A stretch of DNA of 11,357 nt, from assembly GCF_006345805.1 (NCBI RefSeq), contig NW_021827012.1:1-11357 (forward strand), read 5' to 3'. This stretch comes from Octopus sinensis. Its lineage: Eukaryota. Below the pieces are notes generated by a model that worked only from the letters and a program-made list of their open reading frames with translations, did no database searches and was not told the origin of the DNA. The number at the start of each line of letters is the position of its first letter. Position 1 is the stretch's first letter. Both the position numbers and the translations under genes were made by a program. This document shows, piece after piece, positions 1 through 9,559 of this stretch.

Positions 1-652
1 AAAGGCTAAATCGACCTCGGCGGAATTTGAACTCAGTAAGTAACGGCAGACGAAATACCTATTTCTTTACTACGCACAAGGGGCTAAACACAGAGGGGAC
101 AAACAAGGACAGACAAAGGGATTAAGTCGATCACATCGACCCCAGCGTGTAACTTGTACTTAATTTATCGACCCCGAAAGGATGAAAGGCAAAGTCGACC
201 TCGGCGGAATTTCAACTCAGAACGTAGCGGCAGACGAAATACCTATTTCTTTACTACCCTTCAAGGGCTAAACACAGAGAGGACAAACAAGGACAGACAA
301 ATGGATTAAGTCGTAAAGGCAAACGAAATACCTATTTCTTTATTACCCACAAAGGGCTAAACACAGAGGGGACAAACAAGGACAGAAAAAGGGATTAAGT
401 CGATCACATCGACCCCAGCGTGTAAACTGTACTTAATTTATCGACCCCGAAAAGATGAAAGGCAAAGTCGACCTCGGCGGAATTTCAACTCAGAACGTAG
501 CGGCAGACGAAATACCTATTTCTTTACTACCCACAAGGGGCTAAACACAGAGAGGACAAACAAGGACAGACAAATGGATTAAGTCGTAAAGGCAAACGAA
601 ATACCGCTAAACATTTCGCCCATCGTGCTAACGATTCTACCAGCTCGCCGCC
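1..652 (-). mobile_element. tRNA-derived SINE (octopus-type) with a tandemly amplified body; truncated by the left window edge
   Basis: The minus strand begins GGCGGCGAGCTGGTAGAATCGTTAGC at 652, with A-box-like TGGTAGAATCG at 642-632. B-box GAGTTCAAATTCC is at 34-22, with variants GAGTTGAAATTCC at 218-206 and 491-479. The body motif GTCGACTTTGCCTTTCATCCTTTCGGGGTCGATAAATTAAGTAC matches, from memory, abundant octopus SINEs. Confidence 0.85.
51..605. repeat. Higher-order tandem repeat with a 273-bp period (184-bp + 89-bp SINE-derived units)
   Basis: The anchor CGAAATACC occurs at 51, 235, 324, 508 and 597 (spacings 184, 89, 184, 89). Diagnostic variants alternate: GAGGGGAC/AAAGGGATT in the long units, GAGAGGAC/AAATGGATT in the short units. 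Confidence 0.95.
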
Positions 653-1251
653 TTCAACATTTTAAGTAATAATGTTAAATAATTATTAAAAATTCAAGAA
701 AAACTATTATCATTGCATGTTTATTGGGTTTATGTATTATTACTGAAAAACAATATAATAACAAAAAGCTGTAGAACAGTTTACTCGAATAACAGATTTG
801 ATATACAGAATTGTCTGCCTTGGTTGTCTTGCACAGAGTTTACCATTAAGATGATGATTTATCTCCTCACTAAAATTGTAATTATGATAAATTAATATTT
901 CTTGGCTCACTACATTAAATATATTAACGCCAATATACAAAATATATTTGATAGTTTATGATAGGGTTATGTAGAGCAGTGTAGTAGTGGTTTTGACACA
1001 ATGGAGACGAGGAGATGCTTATATATAAAATATATAGCCTAGAAGCACTGACGTCTACCAATAAAGGTAGTTTAATGTCACGACTTCACCACTTCAGGTT
1101 TCTATTTTAATTTTATTGCACCCTTCCTGAAACCTGTTGGTGTGAGATGGTTCGGGTGGACCTTGACAGTGATATATATATATTCAGAGAAGAAGCGTCC
1201 ATAAAATATATAAAGGTGTCTAAGGTTGGTATGCATATGCATGGACGTATG

Positions 1252-1320
1252 CACACACACACCACACCACACACACACACACACACACATACACGTACGC
1301 ACGACGTGCGCACGCATGCA
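1252..1320. repeat. (CA)n microsatellite with a degenerate CACG/TACG flank
   Basis: Direct reading of the sequence. Confidence 0.9.
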
Positions 1321-1579
1321 CCAACTCGATCAAACGAGTTCTTAATTGACTGTTTGAAATCTCAGACTGACAAGTTGCAAGATTAAATATTAAAAAAAAT
1401 TCTTTTGACACAAAACTACGTCACCGTCATGCTAGAATAAGCAAATGATGAACTCATATAATAAATAAATTATTTCTTTAGTCGAAATTGATGGTCATGT
1501 ACCGAAGTAGTAGCAAAGCAAGAGATAACCAGATTGAAATACAGAAATAATGTACATCTTCCAAAATGCAGCTTAATAT

Positions 1580-1700
1580 CTATGTATGTATGTATATGTG
1601 AATATATATATATTTACACACACATATGTAAATATATATATATATATATACGTATATATATATTTACGTGTATGGGTGTGGGTGTGTGTGTGTATGTGTA
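1580..1700. repeat. Compound (TA)n/(TG)n microsatellite
   Basis: Direct reading of the sequence. Confidence 0.85.
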
Positions 1701-2007
1701 TTAAAAAAACACAAGAGCCTGAAGAGATTCTACCTTATATTATTCAAAATGATAATTCTCATCATTAGATTTAATCCAATTCTTGAAATCATGAATTTTT
1801 GATAGGGTGGAATAGAAACGTACGTAGGTTTATTTGTATTCAGTTTTTGCCTTGGAATTATGTCAATAAATTAATTTACATCCTTACCATTTTCTGACCT
1901 TTTATTAAATGATACTTATAATAAGCCCTTACATATCGTGGAGACTTCATCGAATGTGATTAAACCAGTGTAATTTTGGATATTTTAATTAGTCCCTTAG
2001 AATTGAC

Positions 2008-2177
<170 letters not shown>

Positions 2178-2272
2178 CGGACATGTACGGGCGTATATGA
2201 AGGTGTTTATATATATGTATAAAAATCCCGCTGAAATATTCAATAAATATTAACAATCTCCAACCCAGCCCT

Positions 2273-2277
2273 TGTGT

Positions 2278-2333
<56 letters not shown>

Positions 2334-2380
2334 CGTGCGTGTGTGTGTGTGTGTGTGCGTGCGTGCTGAGTGTGTGTGTA
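2273..2380. repeat. (GT)n microsatellite with (GCGT) interruptions
   Basis: Direct reading; long alternating purine-pyrimidine tract. Confidence 0.95.
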
Positions 2381-2886
2381 CAGGAAAGATTAGAATACAC
2401 ATACACACATAAACATGAATAAAAAAAAAAGCAATGTAGAAATGGGGAAAAAGATACACAATAACACCTCTGGCAAAGAAACTGAGATTTGCAATGAAAT
2501 CTTGAGACTTCGCTGGAAGAAACTGAAGACTTGCGATTTTGAATGATGGACGGGCGTTACAATTATTAAGACAAAAAGACTAAAAACATGATTACAAAAG
2601 CCTTCTGTCAAAATCTGCTTCCTGCAAACGTTTCATTCGACGTTGACAACAGCATAAGTAGCTGCATGTAGTGTAGACTTGTCGCCACGGAATCCGGCCA
2701 AATGCACGGAGTCTCAGCTAATAAATTGGGTAGGAGTGATGAATGGGAATAGGAATATAGGAGAAGAAAAGAAGAAGAAAAAAAAACAAAGCAGGCATTT
2801 TTCTCAACTTTAGATTGATACGGTTTTGTGATTGTTAGTGTGATTACCTGCACGCGTAAGTGTATGTGTGTATGTAAGCATAATGA

Positions 2887-2891
<5 letters not shown>

Positions 2892-2920
<29 letters not shown>
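2892..2920. repeat. (GT)n microsatellite
   Basis: Direct reading of the sequence. Confidence 0.95.
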
Positions 2921-2922
<2 letters not shown>

Positions 2923-3049
2923 TATATGCCACTGCGTAATGGATGTGTGTGTTTGCGTATTCTGTACGAGCATGCGTTGTTTCAACGTTTGCAAGTTGAA
3001 TAAGTGTGCTTCTTTCTCTATGTTTGATCGTAAGGAATGTGTGTGTAGG

Positions 3050-3106
3050 TATGTACGTATATATATATGTATGTGTACACATGCACACATACATGTGTAT
3101 ACATAC

Positions 3107-3168
<62 letters not shown>

Positions 3169-3271
3169 ATATATATATATACATACATATATATATACAT
3201 ATATATATACATATATATACATATATACATATAGATATATATTATATATACACATACATACATATATATAC

Positions 3272-3356
<85 letters not shown>

Positions 3357-3393
3357 TCAGACAGACAGACAGACAGAAGATAGATAGAGATAG

Positions 3394-3424
<31 letters not shown>

Positions 3425-3597
3425 AAGATAGATAGATATTCGTCTGTCTGTCTGTCTGTCTGTCTCTGGTTGGCTGGTTTGCTAGCTGGCTGTATGCATG
3501 TATTTATGTAGGAAGGTAGGTAGGTATGCGGGAAGGTAGGTAGGTAGGTAGGTATGTAGGTAGGTAGGTAGATATGAAGGTAGGTAAGTAGGTAGGT
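3050..3597. repeat. Large compound microsatellite: (TACA)n, (TA)n, (GATA)n, (GACA)n, (GATAGA)n, (TCTG)n, (GGTA)n
   Basis: Consecutive simple-repeat blocks read directly from the sequence. Confidence 0.95.
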
Positions 3598-3829
3598 GTA
3601 GTTTAAATTTCGAGATGCATCAGTGTTTTAAGTCACAAACAATTTACCTTAATTCAGAAACTAAATATGGAAACGTGAAATAACAAACGCTGTGTTTCTT
3701 CATTTTAAATATTTATTTAGATTTCAAGTGCCGATGAAATGATGGATATTTATTCTATGAACGTATAATAAGTCCATTATAGAACCATATGTCCAAAAGT
3801 TATTTAAATAAATCATTTAAAATATTATA

Positions 3830-3989
3830 TTACACACATACATTTAAATATATATACTTGTTTATATATATATATATATATATAATGTGCGTGTGTGTAA
3901 GTGTATGTACGTATGATTTGTGTATGTGTATGTATGTGCTTGCTTGTGTTGTGTGTCTATACATATTTATGTATGTATATATAGATATG

Positions 3990-4036
<47 letters not shown>

Positions 4037-4064
4037 ATATATACATATATAATAAATATTAGGG

Positions 4065-4103
<39 letters not shown>

Positions 4104-4105
4104 TC
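3830..4105. repeat. (TA)n/(TG)n compound microsatellite
   Basis: Direct reading of the sequence. Confidence 0.9.
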
Positions 4106-4308
4106 ACATATCTGCACGTACACATAAAGGCGTGCACGGAAACAGACACCCAGAAACACATTTGCACAGAGAGAAAAGAAAAGAGTGTGTGCACAAAAAA
4201 AAAAGAAAAAAAAAGTAAAAGTTTTTTTAATTGATGGCAATCTGCTGGCGTGTCACGTAAACGATCCAGTTTCAAATTACGGTTGAAACATTTTTTAGAT
4301 ATTTTATG

Positions 4309-5146
4309 GGATCTTTCCAGTTCAGTTCACATCGTCCGATTTTGTTCAAATTCTCTACACCGATGTAGCTTTGCATTCTAATGATGAAAATAGCGTTCAC
4401 TTTTGATGCAAATAAAAACGAAATGTTATATACCTTTCAAATCTTTAAATTTCATCTAATCGAAATACTTCATTATCGATACACATGAACTAGCACTTGT
4501 TTCAACCATTGCCAGCTATACACATGAAATTAAGGATTAGGAATTAATATTAGGATTCAAGGTTTAGTTCTGGCTAGTGGCAGTGTTAGTGTTAGAGGTT
4601 GTGTTAGGGATTGTGATAGGCTTAGGGTTCCGGGTTTCAGTTTAGGGTTATTGGTTAGGGTAAGTGTTCAGGTTTATGTTTAAGGTAACGCGAAAATTGC
4701 AACCTCTTGTGAGAAACAATCGCCTGGATAATAGAATGTCGTTGTAGTTTACTTGTTTTCTCTTAGTTCAGAACTTTCCGTTACATTTTACTTCCATATT
4801 CCAAAAGCTGTGTATTATTTTCATTTTATTATACTATATATTCATTTTCAAAGATGTTTCCTGATGTTTTTAAAGTACTTGTTAGATGTGAAAAACAAAA
4901 AAAGAAGAAAAAAAGAAAAAAATCCATGTTTCGGTAATGTTTTTATCTTCAAGTGGTCAACACATACAAATTGGGACTTCCGGTATACTGATAATGGCGA
5001 AAATTTTCAGCGGCAAAGTTTTGTAACATTTTTAATAATAATTTCTATCGAAAATGAGTGAGATTTCCATCAATTAGCACGCAAATCTCCCCTACTTTGG
5101 AAAATTTGAATAAAATCGAACAGTGTGATCGAAACTGGAAATATCC
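4309..5146. mobile_element. Degenerate ~130-bp inverted-repeat pair (4309-4437 / 5015-5146); candidate old non-autonomous DNA transposon (MITE-like)
   Basis: The left arm GGATCTTTCCAGTTCAGTTCACATCGTCCGATTTTGTTCAAATT...AAATGTTA aligns by eye with the reverse complement of the right arm, GGATATTTCCAGTTTCGATCACACTGTTCGATTTTATTCAAATT...AAATGTTA. No TSD was identified. Confidence 0.55.
4530..4685 (+). repeat. Degenerate telomere-like (TTAGGG) hexamer tract, interstitial
   Basis: Several exact TTAGGG copies (e.g. GTTAGGGA, CTTAGGGTT, TTTAGGGTT, GTTAGGGTA) among variants such as TTAGTG, TTAGAG, TTAGGA and TTCAGG. Confidence 0.7.
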
Positions 5147-5315
5147 GATTTGCCTGTTTATTCCTATTTACTCATATTCTTATTTTAGCTTATATTCCTG
5201 TTTTAGCAGTAAGTAATATAAAACTACATTGTATTTTAAGAGAAACGCTGAAAGAAATCAACATCTTTTAAAAGTGGAAATCTGGAGACGAAACTTCGGT
5301 TAGACGTGCATGCTA

Positions 5316-5468
5316 ATAATGGCTTCAGATTTTGACACAAGGCTAACAATTTTGAGCGGAGGGGGGGGGGGGTCAGGTCGATTACATCGACCTCAGTACT
5401 CAGATGGTATTTATTTTATCGACTCTGAAAGGATAAAAGGCAAAGACGACCTTTCGGCGGAATTTTCC
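5316..5468 (-). mobile_element. 5'-truncated SINE related to the 1-652 family but with a different 3' tail
   Basis: GTCGATTACATCGACCTCAGT...TTTATCGACTCTGAAAGGATAAAAGGCAAAGACGACCTTTCGGCGGAATTT aligns with 126-212. The left part (AATAATGGCTTCAGATTTTGACACAAGGC...G12) differs from the array tail. Confidence 0.85.
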
Positions 5469-5619
5469 TTATCGAATCGAAGGTCACAAAGGTTAACGAT
5501 TTGCTACGTAATATAAAGTCTGAATAAAAGACGTGATGGTTACGGCTGGAATGCTTCGTCAACATATTGCTCACATGATTTTTCTGAAAAGAGCTAAACA
5601 ATCGTTAACTTACACACAT

Positions 5620-5800
5620 TTTTTTCTCTCTCTCTCTCTCTCTCTCACTTTCTATCACTCTTTTATTCTTACGTATTCACGCGTCACTCGCACTCATTCT
5701 CGCAAAAACACACACACCATATACGCGAGTATATCCTTTTCTCTCTGTCTCTGTCTCTCTCTCTATCTGTATCTCTCTCTCTCTAACATTCTCACTCTCC
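5620..5800. repeat. (CT)n-rich pyrimidine tract
   Basis: Direct reading of the sequence. Confidence 0.8.
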
Positions 5801-6039
5801 TTGCTTATCACTCCTTTCCTTGGCCTTCCTCACCGCTTTCTCTACCACTGCACAGTTTCCCCACATTCTTTTCCTCAAGTGGAACACTGTGTTACTCATC
5901 CAAATTTTCGCCGTCATAAATCTTTTAATTTCAAACAAATCCCTCCAACCAGCAACTTTAAAAACTTTATTTTCTTTCTCTCATTCATATCCACACGCAC
6001 AGTCTGGTAGACTCGCACATTAATCCGTTACTTCGTTTG

Positions 6040-6216
6040 ACTTACTGACTCGCTGACTCACTGATTCACTCATGCACACACTTCCTAATTCATTCATTCA
6101 TTCATTCAATCATTCATTCCTTCATTCATTCCTTCATTCATTCCTTCATTCATTCAGGTATTGATTCAGTTTATCATTCACTCACCTCACTTAAATTCTC
6201 TAAATCAATCAATCAA
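6040..6216. repeat. (CATT)n microsatellite with a 12-bp TTCATTCATTCC sub-period and (CACT)/(CAAT) flanks
   Basis: Direct reading; 12-mers at 6121 and 6133, with near copies on either side. Confidence 0.85.
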
Positions 6217-6316
6217 GTTGTTAATCAGATATTATTGCATGTAATTAGCACACTCCAAAAGCAAAAGTTTAAATGAATATTACAGAGAAAAACGCAAATT
6301 TACTGATGTGTTCTGA

Positions 6317-6424
6317 TACACACACACACACACACACACACCTATCTCTCTCTCTCTCTCTCTCTATATATCTATAATATATATATATATATATAATATA
6401 TATATATATATATTATATACAGAC

Positions 6425-6480
<56 letters not shown>

Positions 6481-6537
6481 GATAGATAGATATACCTGTG
6501 TGTGTGTATGTATGATGTATGTATGTATGTATGTATG

Positions 6538-6569
<32 letters not shown>

Positions 6570-6614
6570 GTGTGTGTGTATTTATATATATATGTATATA
6601 TATATATATGTATG

Positions 6615-6688
<74 letters not shown>

Positions 6689-6712
6689 CTATATATATAT
6701 ATATATATATAA
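6317..6712. repeat. Compound microsatellite (CA)n-(CT)n-(TA)n-(GATA)n-(TATG)n-(TA)n
   Basis: Direct reading of the sequence. Confidence 0.95.
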
Positions 6713-6726
6713 TAAATATTTATGTT

Positions 6727-6935
6727 ATCAAATGTTTTCTCCGAGCCGCAAGCACATAAGGCCAGTTTCCCCGAATTCTGAAACATATGTGATCCCCACG
6801 TGCACCTGGACGGGACGCCTGTCTGTCGTGAAATTACTCAATGTTGTCAGCTGATTGACAGAAACAACAAGAAATTACGTGTTTTGCTTAAGAACATAAC
6901 ACATAATCCTCTCCACAAATCGAAACTAAAGTATC
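6727..6935 (-). mobile_element. Decayed SINE sharing its central domain with the 8333-8658 element
   Basis: 6837-6902 (CTCAATGTTGTCAGCTGATTGAC...GTGTTTTGCTTAAGAACATAACAC) aligns with 8523-8589 (CTCATTTTTGCGAGCTGAGTGGAC...GTGTCTTGCTCAAGGACATAACGC). The 3' portion is different. Boundaries are approximate. Confidence 0.65.
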
Positions 6936-7044
6936 GGGCATCACATAAAACACTTGGATCTTAAGTTATATTCGTAACTTTTATTAATGAAAGCATATAT
7001 ATTCAGGCTTTCAGTACTATTCTCCTCTTCGTTGTACCAACAAT

Positions 7045-7067
7045 ATACATACTACACACACACATAC

Positions 7068-7108
<41 letters not shown>

Positions 7109-7290
7109 GATAAATATATACATATTTATGTATTCATATGCGTCTGTTTTTACACACACACAAACACATGCATATACATATATGTGAATGTGTGTGCCTG
7201 AGTGCGTATGTGTGCGTGTCTGTCTGTCTGTATGTATATTTGTATGTATGCATGTTTGTGTATGTGTGTATGTATGCCTGCATGTATGTT
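7045..7290. repeat. Compound (CA)/(TA)/(TG)/(TATG) microsatellite
   Basis: Direct reading of the sequence. Confidence 0.85.
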
Positions 7291-7709
7291 TAGACAGGTG
7301 CACACTGTTACGCTAACACAGTGAAACAGAACTGCATATAAACAAATAGGCAAAATGGCAAAATTTCAAAGAGATTGCCAGGTTCACTTCTAGAGACAAG
7401 ACATCCAAAGACAAAAGCGAACTACATCAAACACACTGTAGTCATATAAACGGAAAAACTGTAAATAGAAGCAAATGCATGCATAGACGAACCAACGGAA
7501 ACAACCGAAATGCATCGAAATACGCCGACGCTCTGACGCCTCGGCACAGTATATAATTTAGTAATTAAGTATGAATTATTGTTAATACATTTGTTTCTTC
7601 TTTACTGAGCTGAACATAATTACTATTCGTACACCCACTTTGCCCATTTGCATATTAGACACATTCTCACACATATGCATGCACGAACAAACAGTAGTTT
7701 CTAACGCTA

Positions 7710-7820
7710 ATATGTGTGTGAGTGTGTATGCGTGTGTGTATGTGTGTCAGTGGGAGAGTTTCATAATATATATGCCATGCATATGCGTATGTATATATAA
7801 TATCATATATGTGGTGTATA

Positions 7821-7854
<34 letters not shown>
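7710..7854. repeat. (TG)n/(TA)n microsatellite
   Basis: Direct reading of the sequence. Confidence 0.8.
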
Positions 7855-8013
7855 CCGTAAAGTAAATCTATTTCTTAAAGTTCGGTGTGTGGTAAAGTAA
7901 ATCTTTTTTACTGACCCTAATTATATGTAACGTTTAAATATACCGTAAATGGTCCTTTTACATACTGAACACTACTTGGTAAAATTATTAATTATTATTA
8001 TTAATTTTACCCT

Positions 8014-8015
<2 letters not shown>

Positions 8016-8087
<72 letters not shown>

Positions 8088-8100
8088 ATATACATGTATG
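8016..8100. repeat. (TA)n microsatellite
   Basis: About 30 uninterrupted TA units. Confidence 0.95.
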
Positions 8101-8234
8101 TATGATGTAATCTCCAGGGATGCAGGCATCCAGCAACAGGACCTCCGTAATGCCATGATGGACCATGAAGTCTGGCGTAGCATGGTAAATTCCATTGTTT
8201 CGACCACGGTCGAACAATGATGATGATGATGATG
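8101..8234 (+). mobile_element. 5'-truncated LINE 3' end, RTE-clade-like, with a (TGA)n tail
   Basis: 8104-8220 translates as DVISRDAGIQQQDLRNAMMDHEVWRSMVNSIVSTTVEQ*, which fits the RTE C-terminal pattern D..[RK]D.G....L..AM.DR..WR..V. The stop codon runs directly into (TGA)n, a short tandem-repeat tail typical of RTE elements. A possible TSD, ATGTATG, lies at 8094-8100 and 8232-8238. Confidence 0.8.
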
Positions 8235-8332
8235 TATGCGTCCATATGTACACAACTTTCCCACTCACTCGCATGTTTTTGTCTTCGGCAATCCTAATTT
8301 TAAAAACCAGTGGCACAATCAAGGGGCTACTA

Positions 8333-8658
8333 TTTGGGAGCACTCTGTCGGTTACGACGACGAGAGTCCCAGCTGATACGATCAACGGAACAGCCTGCTC
8401 GTGAAATTAACGTGCAAGTGACTGAGAAATCCACAGACACGCGTACCCCTAACGTAGTTCTCAGGGTGATTCAGCGTGACACAGAGTGTGACAAGGCCGG
8501 CCCTTTTGAAATACAGGTACAACTCATTTTTGCGAGCTGAGTGGACTCGAGCAACCTGAAATAAAGTGTCTTGCTCAAGGACATAACGCGTCGCCAGGAA
8601 TAGAACTCACGACCGTAAAATCGTGAGCCGAATGCCCTAACCACTAAGCCACACGCCT
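8333..8658 (-). mobile_element. Full-length tRNA-derived SINE with a CORE-like domain, flanked by a target-site duplication
   Basis: The minus strand reads GGCGTGTGGCTTAGTGGTTAGG (A box TGGCTTAGTGG), then GAGTTCTATTCC (B-box variant), then TGTCCTTGAGCAAGACACTTT (resembles the start of the CORE domain). The direct repeat TCAAGGGGCTACTA is at 8319-8332 and 8659-8672. Confidence 0.9.
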
Positions 8659-8814
8659 TCAAGGGGCTACTAGTATGTATTTAAAGTGTCTAAATTTTGA
8701 AAACTCAGAAACTGCGCTGATTCTTGCTGATGAAAGTTGTTCCATATTCAGTGTGCCTTTTCCGTTAAATGTCTTTATGTCCCGCTTTGACTATCACTAT
8801 ATCTGTGCTTATAA

Positions 8815-8828
8815 ATATATTGATAGAT

Positions 8829-8860
<32 letters not shown>

Positions 8861-8903
8861 TGATATTAGATAGATTGTAGATGTAGATATTTATGCATAT
8901 ATG

Positions 8904-8971
<68 letters not shown>

Positions 8972-9316
8972 CGTATTTTGAATATGTTATATGGGTTCGT
9001 ATATATATATATATATATTGTATACACCATTTATGTGTATATGCACAGATACCTATAGGCATCTACATGTCTATATAAACAGATATACACATATGAATAT
9101 TATAAATGTATATATATATACAGTATATTTATATTCATATATATGTATATATACGTGTGTGTGCAAGTATTCATATACACTCATGTATTCATATACATAT
9201 GTCTGCATGCATATGTATGTGTAAATACACGTGCGCACGCACAGAAACATATACACACGCACACACAGAGAAGCATTCACGTACACACACAGGCACACAT
9301 ATAAATATGCATACAT
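8815..9316. repeat. Compound (GA)n, (TA)n and decayed (CA/TA) microsatellite region
   Basis: Direct reading of the sequence. Confidence 0.85.
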
Positions 9317-9559
9317 GACAATCTTTGTGTCTGTTTCAATCAGTCCGCCAGTCAGTCAGTCTTTCGGTGTGTGGGGGCTCTTAGATTCTTCTAATTTGAA
9401 ATGGTACCCCTACAAAGTCAATTTCAATATAATTTCGATCGGTTCTATTGGTGCCGTTACACCGCCAACAGTCACCTCTTCCTCTAGCTGAAAACTAATT
9501 TCCGGTTGTAATTGAAAAGACTGATAACTTATTTGGCTTTTCTGAGCAGGTTGTTGATC

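Noticed and set aside
225-250. Hammerhead ribozyme in the tandem unit (GAAA plus a short palindromic stem)
   Set aside because: I found no CUGANGA core at the required position on either strand.
1-605. CRISPR-like regular repeats
   Set aside because: The intervening sequences are themselves repeated (no unique spacers), the units are 89-184 bp, there are no cas genes, and the array is SINE-derived.
2442-2546. Short [40 protein letters not shown]
   Set aside because: Only 34 aa, with no recognisable homology or splice/promoter support.
7850-7950. Short direct repeats GTAAAGTAAATCT and ATATACCGTAAA as possible transposon ends
   Set aside because: No matching inverted terminus nearby. They are consistent with small local duplications in AT-rich DNA.
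8590-8658. tRNA gene
   Set aside because: A and B boxes are present, but there is no complete acceptor stem and the sequence continues into a SINE body flanked by a TSD.
8310-8662. ORFs 8310-8540 (+) and 8471-8662 (-)
   Set aside because: They lie almost entirely within the SINE. Any database hits would probably be mis-annotated repeat-derived hypothetical proteins.
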